A stretch of DNA of 64,000 nt from Candidatus Pacearchaeota archaeon (lineage in GTDB: Archaea; Nanobdellota; Nanobdellia; Pacearchaeales; GW2011-AR1), in contig JBAZNV010000001.1 in the NCBI GenBank assembly GCA_041649045.1, positions 286,728 through 350,727 of the forward strand. Reading direction: 5' to 3'. The translations under genes and the position numbers were made by a program. Below, one piece after another: positions 48,795-58,072 of this stretch. Each line of letters opens with the position of its first letter. Positions within the stretch are counted from its first letter, which is position 1. Below the pieces are notes generated by a model. It ran no database searches and was not told where the DNA came from. It worked only from the letters and a program-made list of their open reading frames with translations.

Positions 48795-49447
48795 ACTCCT
48801 TGTTCCTCGATTTTTTTTCTTAGAAAATCTAATTCATCATATTGTTCTTTAAATGGAACGAATACGCCAATTTGATATTCTATTATCGGGGAACCTTGCG
48901 GAAAATTTCTAAATCCAATCGCATGAGGGTTCCCAAAATTTATAGAATTATCAAATGTAAAATCAAATCTTCTATGGGGTAAACTTTTATCGCCTCTTTC
49001 TAATCTACGCAAATATTCCTGTTGAGAAAGAGTCAATCTTTTGTAGCCATGAGTTATAATCGGGTTTTCCCCTATGCTCACAGCTTCTAAACTTGTCAAT
49101 CCTGGGAACCATTCTCCATCTACATTCGAACCAATTGCTACATATAATTCTGCTTCTCCAACCTTTTTTCTCGGCGTCCACTTAGAATCAATTTCACTAA
49201 TAACATAATCATCGTTGTTTCCAGTAGCATCATCTGGACTAAAAAGAATAGCAACAGCTTCTCCTGCTCCCTGAGTTCTTTTGGAGCAAAATAACCTAAA
49301 ATCCATTCTGGCAGTATAACCCTTTTCGGGAGTTTCTTGAAATATTCCTAAAGAGGCGATTGACCAAAGATAATCCAACTCCCTAGATAAATTATTAAAT
49401 CTTTCAACGACTCTTCTGCTTGCCTGTTCATAATCTATTTCTTCCAT
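48791..49447 (-). CDS. hypothetical protein
   Basis: 218-aa ORF whose stop overlaps the leuS start. Confidence 0.35.
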   Translation of the reverse strand: MEEIDYEQASRRVVERFNNLSRELDYLWSIASLGIFQETPEKGYTARMDFRLFCSKRTQGAGEAVAILFSPDDATGNNDDYVISEIDSKWTPRKKVGEAELYVAIGSNVDGEWFPGLTSLEAVSIGENPIITHGYKRLTLSQQEYLRRLERGDKSLPHRRFDFTFDNSINFGNPHAIGFRNFPQGSPIIEYQIGVFVPFKEQYDELDFLRKKIEEQGV

Positions 49448-49450
49448 ATT

Positions 49451-49792
49451 TTATCCAATTGCCTCGACTTTTAAAATATTGTCATTATGACTATAAAATA
49501 CAACTTCACCATATTCAATGTGAGTGACATGCCTTCCTCGCTCGCCGTGGACATCAAATCCGTGGAATTTAAAGTAATTTGTCTCTACAGGGATCTCGAT
49601 ACTTCGACTAAACCCGTTAGAATTAAACTGCAAGCATTTCCCTGATATGTATCTTAAATACTTCGCTTCTGGATGTCGAGCAATCAGCTCTTTATTATTA
49701 ATTACACCCGAAGCTAACAATTCTAATTTTATTCCCACCTCCATAGAATTTAGTTCATCCCGAAGCGCTGTAAAAATGTTTATTGATTTCAT
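49451..49792 (-). CDS. hypothetical protein
   Basis: 113-aa ORF, 3 nt from the downstream gene. Confidence 0.3.
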   Translation of the reverse strand: MKSINIFTALRDELNSMEVGIKLELLASGVINNKELIARHPEAKYLRYISGKCLQFNSNGFSRSIEIPVETNYFKFHGFDVHGERGRHVTHIEYGEVVFYSHNDNILKVEAIG

Positions 49793-49908
49793 TTTAGAAA
49801 AAATTGGTGCTAAGATTTTGCACTTACAAAAGCACGGCTAAAACGACGTTCTCCATAGAGAAATTTTCGTTAGCCATCCAATTTTATAATTTTAAGGTTT
49901 AAATATTT

Positions 49909-50328
49909 TTACTTTGCACGACCGAATTCTATTGATTCTTCTCTTCCTTTGTCGGTTAGAAAATATTCTAACTTTCCTTCTATTTTTTTGTATTTCATAA
50001 TAGATATCAATTTATCTCTATAAACTTCGAGCATCTTTTGGGTCACCAGTTTTGCATCTGGTAAAGATAATTGAAGTTTTTCTCTCGCAAGGTGAATCAT
50101 TGATAGGGAAGACCCTGGTGCCTCGCCATTCATATAGGCATCTTCTACCTTTCGATATAAATCGTTAACTATTTGGTCATTGACATCAAATTGCGGATTG
50201 GTTTCTTCTTTTCTTTTTTTCAAGACCCACGGGCTATCTACTACTGTCCCCATTTCAAGTCCTCCGCTTTGGAATCGAATTCTTTCAGCACATTTTGCTT
50301 GTTGGCCTGGGGTAAATCTTCTTGACAT
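49909..50328 (-). CDS. hypothetical protein with possible C-terminal winged-helix
   Basis: The ISIMKYKKIEGKLEYFLTDKGRE pattern is wHTH-like. Weak. Confidence 0.3.
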   Translation of the reverse strand: MSRRFTPGQQAKCAERIRFQSGGLEMGTVVDSPWVLKKRKEETNPQFDVNDQIVNDLYRKVEDAYMNGEAPGSSLSMIHLAREKLQLSLPDAKLVTQKMLEVYRDKLISIMKYKKIEGKLEYFLTDKGREESIEFGRAK

Positions 50329-50383
50329 AATTTATGGTTAATTTTCCCATTTTTATTTTTTATTGTTATCAAGTATACTAGAA

Positions 50384-52771
50384 TTATCTTAATTTCTTTT
50401 CTGTCTCTGCAATCTTAATTTTGGTTTTAATAACTGTGTCCGGATTTAAAGAGATACTATCGATTCCGCATTCAACAAGGAATTGTGCAAAGTCCGGAAA
50501 GTCAGATGGAGCCTGGCCGCAAATTCCAATTTTTCTTTTATTCTTTTTTGCTTTTTGGATTGCCTCGCGAATAAAATTTTTCACAGCGTCGTTTCGCTCG
50601 TCATAAATATCAGAAACGATGGATGAGTCACGATCAAGGCCAAGAGTTAATTGAGTTAGATCATTGCTGCCGATCGAAAATCCATCGAAAATTTTTGAAA
50701 ACTCATCCGCCAAAATGACATTCGCCGGAATCTCGCACATTACGTAAATTTCCAATCCGTCTTTGCCTTTTTTTAATCCCTGTTCTTCCATTATTTTTTG
50801 GACCTTTTTGCCTTCATCGACTGTTCTGCAAAACGGAATCATTATTTTTACATTCTTAAGCCCGAACTCCTCACGAACTTTTTTAAAAGCCTGACACTCT
50901 AACTCGAAAGCTTGCTTGTAGCCTGGCTTGTAATATCTTGAAGCACCGCGCCAGCCAATCATGGGATTATCTTCCGATGGTTCATATTCTTTTCCTCCAA
51001 TCAAGTTTGCATACTCGTTTGTCTTAAAATCACTTGTCCTAACAATCACATCTTTGGGATAGAACGCAGCAGCGATCATTGCAACACCGTGAGCAAGCCT
51101 ATCAACAAAAAATTCCTTTTTGTCTTTATATCCATAAGTTAAATCTTCGATTTGTTTTTTTAGTTTCTGGTCTTTTAGTTTGTCGAAGTTTATCAATGCG
51201 TTTGGATGAATTTTTATGTAAGAATTGATAATAAATTCTTCTCGCGCAAGACCACATCCGTCATTTGGAATAAAGGAGAACTCAAATGCTGAAGTTGGGG
51301 AACCAACATTCATCATTATTTTAGTTTTTGTCTTAGGAATTTTAGAAATGTCGGTTTTTTTAATTTCAAATTTTAAATTTCCAGTATAGACTTTCCCGGT
51401 TTCTCCGTCGGCACACGAAACAGTAATATTTTTTCCTTGTTTTATTTTTTTGGTACAATTATTTGTCCCAACAACACATGGTATACCAAGTTCCCTTGAA
51501 ACAATCGCCGCATGACAAGTTCTTCCACCTCGATCTGTTACAATTGCTGAAGCAATTTTCATTATTGGCTCCCAATCCGGGTCTGTCATATCCGTAACCA
51601 AAACATCACCTTTCTTAAAACCATGAATATCTTTCACATTGAGAATTATATTTGCTTTTCCAGAGCCAATTTTGCTTCCGACGCTCGCACCTTCGCATAT
51701 AACTTCACCATTTTCTTTTAAAACATATTCCTCAATTTCATTTCTATTTTTTTGACTCTGAACTGTTTCGGGTCTTGCCTGAACAATGAATAACTCGCCG
51801 GTCAAACCATCTTTAGCCCATTCCATATCCATCGGTTTTTTGTAATGATCCTCGATGATGCACGCCCATTTTGCCAATTGCAATACTTCTCTGTCGTTAA
51901 TAGAAAATTTTTTTCTTTCATTTTCTTCAACACTTATATTTTTCACGGGCCTGACTCCTCCATTATTATAAATCATTTTTATCGTTTTTTCTCCGATGTT
52001 TTTTGATATAATTGATTTATAACCCTGCTTCAAAGTTGGTTTGTGAATATAAAATTCGTCGGGATTAACTGCGCCCTGAACGATATTTTCTCCCAGCCCG
52101 TAAGAAGATGTTAAAAAAACAACGTCTTTAAATCCGGATTCTGTGTCGATAGAAAACATTACTCCCGACGACGCTTTGTCGCTTCTTATCATTTTTTGGA
52201 CTCCGATACTTAATGCTATAGAAAAGTGATCGAAACCTTTGTCAACTCTGTAAGAAATTGCCCGATTTGTGAACAGTGATGCGAAACATTTTTTACATGC
52301 AATTAAAAGCGCCTCTTCGCCTCGGATATTCAAGTAAGTTTCCTGTTGCCCCGCAAAACTGGCGTCGGGCAAATCTTCTGCTGTTGCCGAACTCCTTACA
52401 GCAACGTCAATTTCATGCCCATACTCTCTGCACAATTTTTTATAACTTTTTCCAATTTCAAGTTTTATTTCATCAGGAATGTTTGCTTTCAAAATCAAGT
52501 TTCGTATCTGCTCGCCTCGTTTCATCAAATCTCTCGTATTGTGAGTATCCAAACCTTTCAGTGTCGATTTAATTCTCTCCTTCAAATTTTCTTTCTCGAT
52601 AAAATATCTATATGCATAAGCTGTCACGGCAAAACCGTTCGGAACTTTCACGCCCTTGGTTTTCAGTTCCCGATACATTTCCCCCAGAGAAGCGTTTTTC
52701 CCGCCGACGATAGGAACGTCCCGAATAGACAACTCGTCAAACTCAAGAACAAATTTTTCTTTATTGTTCAT
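50384..52771 (-). CDS. ppsA: phosphoenolpyruvate synthase (pyruvate, water dikinase)
   Basis: N-terminal ATP-grasp-like domain, phospho-His domain (GGRTCHAAIVSRELGIPCVVG), and C-terminal PEP-utilising TIM barrel. Confidence 0.9.
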   Translation of the reverse strand: MNNKEKFVLEFDELSIRDVPIVGGKNASLGEMYRELKTKGVKVPNGFAVTAYAYRYFIEKENLKERIKSTLKGLDTHNTRDLMKRGEQIRNLILKANIPDEIKLEIGKSYKKLCREYGHEIDVAVRSSATAEDLPDASFAGQQETYLNIRGEEALLIACKKCFASLFTNRAISYRVDKGFDHFSIALSIGVQKMIRSDKASSGVMFSIDTESGFKDVVFLTSSYGLGENIVQGAVNPDEFYIHKPTLKQGYKSIISKNIGEKTIKMIYNNGGVRPVKNISVEENERKKFSINDREVLQLAKWACIIEDHYKKPMDMEWAKDGLTGELFIVQARPETVQSQKNRNEIEEYVLKENGEVICEGASVGSKIGSGKANIILNVKDIHGFKKGDVLVTDMTDPDWEPIMKIASAIVTDRGGRTCHAAIVSRELGIPCVVGTNNCTKKIKQGKNITVSCADGETGKVYTGNLKFEIKKTDISKIPKTKTKIMMNVGSPTSAFEFSFIPNDGCGLAREEFIINSYIKIHPNALINFDKLKDQKLKKQIEDLTYGYKDKKEFFVDRLAHGVAMIAAAFYPKDVIVRTSDFKTNEYANLIGGKEYEPSEDNPMIGWRGASRYYKPGYKQAFELECQAFKKVREEFGLKNVKIMIPFCRTVDEGKKVQKIMEEQGLKKGKDGLEIYVMCEIPANVILADEFSKIFDGFSIGSNDLTQLTLGLDRDSSIVSDIYDERNDAVKNFIREAIQKAKKNKRKIGICGQAPSDFPDFAQFLVECGIDSISLNPDTVIKTKIKIAETEKKLR

Positions 52772-52858
52772 TTCATCCTCTTTATTTTTTATAGAGAAAG
52801 AGGTTTATAAACTTTAAGTGAAAATTTAATTTATTTAATCTCAGAAGATATTTATTTA

Positions 52859-53176
52859 TTAAGATATCTTATTGATTATTTCTGTCAAATCTCCACTAAG
52901 CGAAAATCCTGCCTCCCTGGCTTCCTTGTCAAATGAGTCAGAACAACCACATTGTGCAAAATATTTTCTATCCGATTTTACTCTCTCAAGGATGTGCGAA
53001 ATTCCACCACGACGATTGCAATGAATGATGACTAAATCTGCTTCTAATTCTGTTGACGATGAAACAATTTCATATGGAATAATTTTTACGTCATACCCAT
53101 TGGCTTTTAAAAAATTTTCACTTGCTGGGTAACTTTCTCTTCCCGGGCCTAAAATCAATGCTTTTTTATTTGACAT
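52859..53176 (-). CDS. hypothetical protein
   Basis: 105-aa ORF, last gene of a tight 4-gene minus-strand cluster. Confidence 0.3.
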   Translation of the reverse strand: MSNKKALILGPGRESYPASENFLKANGYDVKIIPYEIVSSSTELEADLVIIHCNRRGGISHILERVKSDRKYFAQCGCSDSFDKEAREAGFSLSGDLTEIINKIS

Positions 53177-53188
53177 TTTATCCTTCAG

Positions 53189-53704
53189 TTATTTATCTCT
53201 TTTTGTAACTTTTTTATAATTTTCAGAAAATCTTTTCGCAGATTCTTCATGGGTTTTGCAATCTTTTATATCAGGAAAATATTTATCAAAATCTTCAGGA
53301 GATTTTGTGATCAGAGGAAACCCAAACCTTTTCGCGATTTCCCGATCTTCTGGAGAAATGTGACAGGTGCAAGCAATTAAATGAGAAGACATTCCTCTTC
53401 TCTTTAAAAATTGATAAAGATCTAACGCCATATTTCTATAAACTGTTTTGAATTCACCACAGCGATCTTCAATAACCCCAGCAATACGATCCTGATTCAT
53501 ATCCAGAATGTCTGACAAATACACGAAAGGCAATTTTCTTCCATTGCATAATCTTCTGGTGACTTCTTCTATTGCTTGGAATGAATTTGTGAGCGAAAAT
53601 GGGTTATAACCTTTATATTTCAAGTCTGCTTCAATATCATTGCGCCAATCTACTTCATCATCTACAACCATGATTTCTAAAGCTGGTGAAATAATTTGAG
53701 TCAT
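53189..53704 (-). CDS. CheY-like receiver domain protein
   Basis: IMVVDDE acidic pocket at the N-terminus. No obvious output domain. Confidence 0.45.
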   Translation of the reverse strand: MTQIISPALEIMVVDDEVDWRNDIEADLKYKGYNPFSLTNSFQAIEEVTRRLCNGRKLPFVYLSDILDMNQDRIAGVIEDRCGEFKTVYRNMALDLYQFLKRRGMSSHLIACTCHISPEDREIAKRFGFPLITKSPEDFDKYFPDIKDCKTHEESAKRFSENYKKVTKRDK

Positions 53705-54024
53705 TTTACATCCTCAGAATTAGCTGATTGTTCTAATTGAGATAGTTCGGATTGTCTTTGTTTCACCAAAATTTTTTTTCCGTATTCAAAACCAATTAAT
53801 CGTAACCCTTCATAAAGAAGCCCTCCCAAAACAAAATATAAAGCAAATTTTCCTTCGTCCCTATTGCCATAATATAATCTTGTTCCAAAATCATATAGCA
53901 TTGCAGTTCCAATGGCATAATGAATATTAAGCATCATTTTCATTGCTTTTTGAGTAATGCAACTTTGTTTCTGATTATATCTTTCATTAATTTCTCTTAT
54001 TTGTTGTTCTAATTCATTTGTCAT
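53701..54024 (-). CDS. small membrane protein
   Basis: Two hydrophobic segments. Overlaps the downstream gene start. Confidence 0.3.
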   Translation of the reverse strand: MTNELEQQIREINERYNQKQSCITQKAMKMMLNIHYAIGTAMLYDFGTRLYYGNRDEGKFALYFVLGGLLYEGLRLIGFEYGKKILVKQRQSELSQLEQSANSEDVK

Positions 54025-54025
54025 T

Positions 54026-54403
54026 TTACTTTTTGTCTCCTTTCCCGAATCTCAAACATAATTCTAACGAATCTGCTAACTTACCCGCGGCCTCATAAAC
54101 GCAAAATATATCTTGTCTTTCCATTTCAGACGTATAACCATCACCCAAATTTTGCTTAGTAACAAAACTTTCCCAATAGAAAAAAAGATCGTTACGTAAA
54201 AATCTAATTCTTCCCGCCCCCAAATATTCTTTGTCCAATGTTTTTGTTTCAATAAAAAGCTTACTCCAATATCTTCTAAATTCGTCTGTATCGGGTCTTT
54301 GCCCTCTTGTTCCTCCAGTAAATTTTTCTGAAAAATTATATATAGCTCGTGCTGATTCTATTGCTTCTTCAATTGCACTTCTCTTCTCTGATTTCTCTGT
54401 CAT
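54026..54403 (-). CDS. hypothetical protein
   Basis: 125-aa ORF, first gene of the cluster. Confidence 0.3.
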   Translation of the reverse strand: MTEKSEKRSAIEEAIESARAIYNFSEKFTGGTRGQRPDTDEFRRYWSKLFIETKTLDKEYLGAGRIRFLRNDLFFYWESFVTKQNLGDGYTSEMERQDIFCVYEAAGKLADSLELCLRFGKGDKK

Positions 54404-54457
54404 TTTATAATTTAGACAGAAAAGGTTTTAAATGGTAGTCCTCCTTAATAGGATTAC

Positions 54458-55180
54458 ATGGAAATAAATGATTTTGAAAAGATAGGGCTGACAAAGAACC
54501 AGGCAAAGATTTATCTTTCATTGTTAAAGTTAGGTGAAGCGACGGCACAGCAAATCATGAATGAAAGCGAGTTACATAGATCGAGAGTTTATGACGGACT
54601 TGAGAAACTTCAGGAACTCGGACTTGTTAGTTACGTTGTAAAAGATTTCAAGAAATATTTTCAGGCGGCCGAACCTGAAAAACTAAGAAATTATATTGAC
54701 GAACAAAAAGAATTTGTTGAAAAAATAATTCCTGAAATTAAATTGATTCAGGGCGCGAAAAAAGAAGAGATAAATGGGACTGTGTACAAAGGAAAGGAGG
54801 GACTAAAGACGATTCATTCACAAATGCTTAAAGAAGGAAAAACGGTATACGTTCTGGGCGCCAAAGGATACATATTTTCTGAACTCGATTTTTTTATTCC
54901 AAATTTTGAACGTGAAAGATTGAAGAAAAAAATTAAATTTGTTTGCCTTTGGGACGACGAAGCCGCAAAAGAAAGATCGAAAGATCAAAAACTTATGGAA
55001 GGGAAGGTTTTGCCAAATGGTTATTCATCAGACGGAGTTGTAAATATTTTCGGGAACAAAGTCGTGATAGTTTTATGGAAAGAACGGCATCCTTCGGGAT
55101 TTGTAATTGAAAACAAAGAGATAGCTGATTCTTATAGGAAATGGTTTGAATTATTGTGGAAAGTTAATAGTAATCACTAA
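54458..55180 (+). CDS. TrmB-family transcriptional regulator
   Basis: wHTH (AKIYLSLLKLGEATAQQIMNESELHRSRVYDGLEKLQELGLV). C-terminal EIADSYRKWFELLW parallels the regulator at 26754..27551. Confidence 0.6.
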   Translation: MEINDFEKIGLTKNQAKIYLSLLKLGEATAQQIMNESELHRSRVYDGLEKLQELGLVSYVVKDFKKYFQAAEPEKLRNYIDEQKEFVEKIIPEIKLIQGAKKEEINGTVYKGKEGLKTIHSQMLKEGKTVYVLGAKGYIFSELDFFIPNFERERLKKKIKFVCLWDDEAAKERSKDQKLMEGKVLPNGYSSDGVVNIFGNKVVIVLWKERHPSGFVIENKEIADSYRKWFELLWKVNSNH

Positions 55181-55231
55181 AAAATTACGACTCAAGGAAA
55201 AATTTAAATAATCTTTTTTTGTATAAATTAT

Positions 55232-56041
55232 ATGGTCGAAAAATTAGAAGATTCGATTAAAATCCAAGGATGCTTAAAAACGTCAGAAAATCAATTATTT
55301 ACAAATAGAAGTGATAAAGATTTGGATTTAGTTTTCGATGTTCCCGGAGAATTTTGTTCTATGGACGGATATCTATTCAGTGATATGACTTTTAGAGAAA
55401 CTGGGACTGATTCCGTAAGACTTTTTGGGCTTTCTCCAGAATTGACTTTATGGATTTCGGCTACGGGAAATATTAGATATAATAGTAAAGAACTGGGAAG
55501 ACATGAAATTTTTGGGGGATTAGCACAGTTTTTAGGTCCAACGTTTAATGATAAACTGAAAAAATTTCTGAAAAAAGAAGGCTTATCTTCGAAGCCAATT
55601 GATACATGTTCTGATAACGCGATCTGGAATTCAATGATAGAATGGGGAAATTTAAGAAGAAACTTAAATAGAGATAGACAAGGAATACCTTACGATGTTT
55701 TTGTAGAAGGAGTGTCTGATAATGTTCCAAGAATGGGATTTAGAAGTCCAGCATATTTGGGTTTAGGTAGAGACGATCTGGTTTTTGCTACGCCTTATTT
55801 GGAATTTATGACATCAAATTATTATAATAGACTGGGATGTGCACTAAAACTGCTTTTTGGAGGAAATAATCAAATAGGAAGGTCAAAAAAAATAACAAGA
55901 ATTTTTGACAGAGCAGACGTTGCAAAATGGAAGGTTCCAAGTGGATTTAATGTTGATGGAATAGATTCCGAACTAATTGAGAATTCATATAAAAAATTAA
56001 GAAATTATCTTTTAACAAAACCCTTAGTAAAAAGAGATTAA
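55232..56041 (+). CDS. hypothetical protein
   Basis: 269-aa ORF with no motif recognised. Confidence 0.35.
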   Translation: MVEKLEDSIKIQGCLKTSENQLFTNRSDKDLDLVFDVPGEFCSMDGYLFSDMTFRETGTDSVRLFGLSPELTLWISATGNIRYNSKELGRHEIFGGLAQFLGPTFNDKLKKFLKKEGLSSKPIDTCSDNAIWNSMIEWGNLRRNLNRDRQGIPYDVFVEGVSDNVPRMGFRSPAYLGLGRDDLVFATPYLEFMTSNYYNRLGCALKLLFGGNNQIGRSKKITRIFDRADVAKWKVPSGFNVDGIDSELIENSYKKLRNYLLTKPLVKRD

Positions 56042-56090
56042 TTTATTTTTCAATCAAAACCAATAAAAACCCTGATTTTCTTATTAAATT

Positions 56091-57062
56091 ATGTCATACG
56101 AATCCGAATCCCGTAAAAACATCCTTCGAGAAAGCGACGAAGCTAATGGAGTTTCCGTCAAAGGTTACGATTTTGATGATGGAGTTGACTGGGAAAAAAT
56201 AATTGATTCTTACGCAACAGTTGGTGCGCAGGCTACAAATTTATCTAAGGCGATCGAAATCATAAAAGAAATGAGAAAAGCAAAAGCAAAAATTTACCTT
56301 GGGTATACCTCAAACATGGTTTCGTCCGGGCTAAGAGATATTTTCAGATATTTAGTTGAACATAAATTTGTCGATGTGATTGTGACAACCGCGGGCGGAA
56401 TCGAAGAGGATTTTATCAAATGTCTCGGAGATTTCAAGATTGGCGATTTTAATTTAAGCGGAAAAGAATTAAGGAAAGAAGGAATTAACAGGATTGGAAA
56501 TATACTCGTGCCGAATTCGAGATATTGTCGATTCGAAGAATTTTTAATTCCAATTTTAGAAAAACATAAAAATGAAACTCTTACTCCTTCTGAACTCATT
56601 AAAATTCTTGGAAAGGAGATAAACAATAAAGAATCAATTTATTACTGGGCTCAAAAAAATGGTATACCTGTTTTTTGTCCCGCAATTACCGACGGAAGTT
56701 TAGGTGACATGGTTTATTTTTTCAAATTCAAAAATCAACAATTCAAAATTGATGTTTCTGATGATATTGTTAAAATGAATGAAAGTGTTTTTGAAAAAGA
56801 AAAAACTGGATTAATAATTCTTGGTGGCGGAGTGATCAAGCACCATATCTGCAACGCAAATATGTTTCGAAACGGCGCCGATTATGCTGTTTACATAAAT
56901 AACGCACAAGAGTTTGATGCATCTGATGCGGGTGCTCGACCTGATGAAGCTGTGTCTTGGGGAAAAATTGCGCCTAATGCAAAAATGGTGAAGGTTTTCG
57001 GAGATGCAACAATTTTATTCCCAATTATCGTTGGAAAATGTTTTGGGAATAAACAAAATTAA
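56091..57062 (+). CDS. dys: deoxyhypusine synthase
   Basis: Long collinear matches to DHS (VTTAGGIEEDFIKCLG, YYWAQKNGIPVFCPAITDGSLGDM, ILGGGVIKHHICNANMFRNGADYAVYINNAQEFDASDAGARPDEAVSWGKI). Confidence 0.85.
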   Translation: MSYESESRKNILRESDEANGVSVKGYDFDDGVDWEKIIDSYATVGAQATNLSKAIEIIKEMRKAKAKIYLGYTSNMVSSGLRDIFRYLVEHKFVDVIVTTAGGIEEDFIKCLGDFKIGDFNLSGKELRKEGINRIGNILVPNSRYCRFEEFLIPILEKHKNETLTPSELIKILGKEINNKESIYYWAQKNGIPVFCPAITDGSLGDMVYFFKFKNQQFKIDVSDDIVKMNESVFEKEKTGLIILGGGVIKHHICNANMFRNGADYAVYINNAQEFDASDAGARPDEAVSWGKIAPNAKMVKVFGDATILFPIIVGKCFGNKQN

Positions 57063-57117
57063 AATGTTCAACTAATTTTTATTTTTAATTATTTCTGATT
57101 TGAATTATATAAAAATA

Positions 57118-57372
57118 TTATATCCTTGCCCATTTCTGCAATGTTTTTATATTTTCTCTTTTCAAATCTTTTATTTTTGAAAGTTCGTCAAAATTTTTGA
57201 ATTGCCCGTTTTGCTCGCGGTGTTTTATGATTGACGCTGCGATTCTTTCGTTAATGCCGGGAATCGTCATTAATTCTTCTTTTGTTGCTATGTTTAAATC
57301 TGTTTTGTCTTCATCTTGTGATGCTTCTTCTTCCGTGCCCTCAATGCTCATATCCTCATTTATATCATCCAT
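57118..57372 (-). CDS. ComEA-like helix-hairpin-helix DNA-binding protein
   Basis: EELMTIPGINERIAASIIKHREQNGQFKNFDEL HhH motif, with an acidic N-terminus. Confidence 0.55.
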   Translation of the reverse strand: MDDINEDMSIEGTEEEASQDEDKTDLNIATKEELMTIPGINERIAASIIKHREQNGQFKNFDELSKIKDLKRENIKTLQKWARI

Positions 57373-57432
57373 ATAAACTATTAATTTGAATTTTATAAAA
57401 AGAATCGCTGTATAAAAAAATACTTCATTACC

Positions 57433-57708
57433 TTACCATGAAATACTCGTGGGTTCTCTTTTGACATATTGAAAATCATTCAAAAGTTCGTAAACTTCTA
57501 TGCTTGTCTCAACTTGATCATCAAAATATCTGACCTGATATTCTCTTTCGTTATCCGGATTGTAGCACTCTATGATCATTTCTTTCGTCGTTTTATGATC
57601 CATAAAAAGAAAATGTGAATCTATTATCATTATTTTCCCTTGAATCCAAATTTTATCACCTTCTTTCAACTGAAAAATTGGCTTTGATTGTTTTTCAATT
57701 GGTATCAT
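57433..57708 (-). CDS. hypothetical protein
   Basis: 91-aa ORF. Confidence 0.3.
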   Translation of the reverse strand: MIPIEKQSKPIFQLKEGDKIWIQGKIMIIDSHFLFMDHKTTKEMIIECYNPDNEREYQVRYFDDQVETSIEVYELLNDFQYVKREPTSISW

Positions 57709-57808
57709 AAAAAAATATAATTAAGTCAATTTATAAAGATTAGGATACGAAAGTAATTGTTCGAAATAAGACATCGATAATTTAAAGGTAAAAAAGCTTT
57801 TATTTTAT

Positions 57809-58024
57809 ATGGAAATTAATATATTGGAAATGAAGCGGTACATTCCGTTTTACTCCAGGGTTTTGTTTAGCGGGCTTGATTTAAGAGACGCAGCTGTCGA
57901 GGACATCCCAGAAAAGACTGAAATTTTTAACACTGCCCTTAAAGAGTATGAGGAGAACGTCCCAGAAAACCTTCGGGCACTTATTCAAGAAGAAATCGAT
58001 GATTTAAAAAATATGAGAAAATGA
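57809..58024 (+). CDS. hypothetical small acidic protein
   Basis: 71-aa ORF. Confidence 0.25.
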   Translation: MEINILEMKRYIPFYSRVLFSGLDLRDAAVEDIPEKTEIFNTALKEYEENVPENLRALIQEEIDDLKNMRK

Positions 58025-58072
58025 GATAATATTAGTTTAATGTGAAAATTAATTATATTTATAATTTAATTT

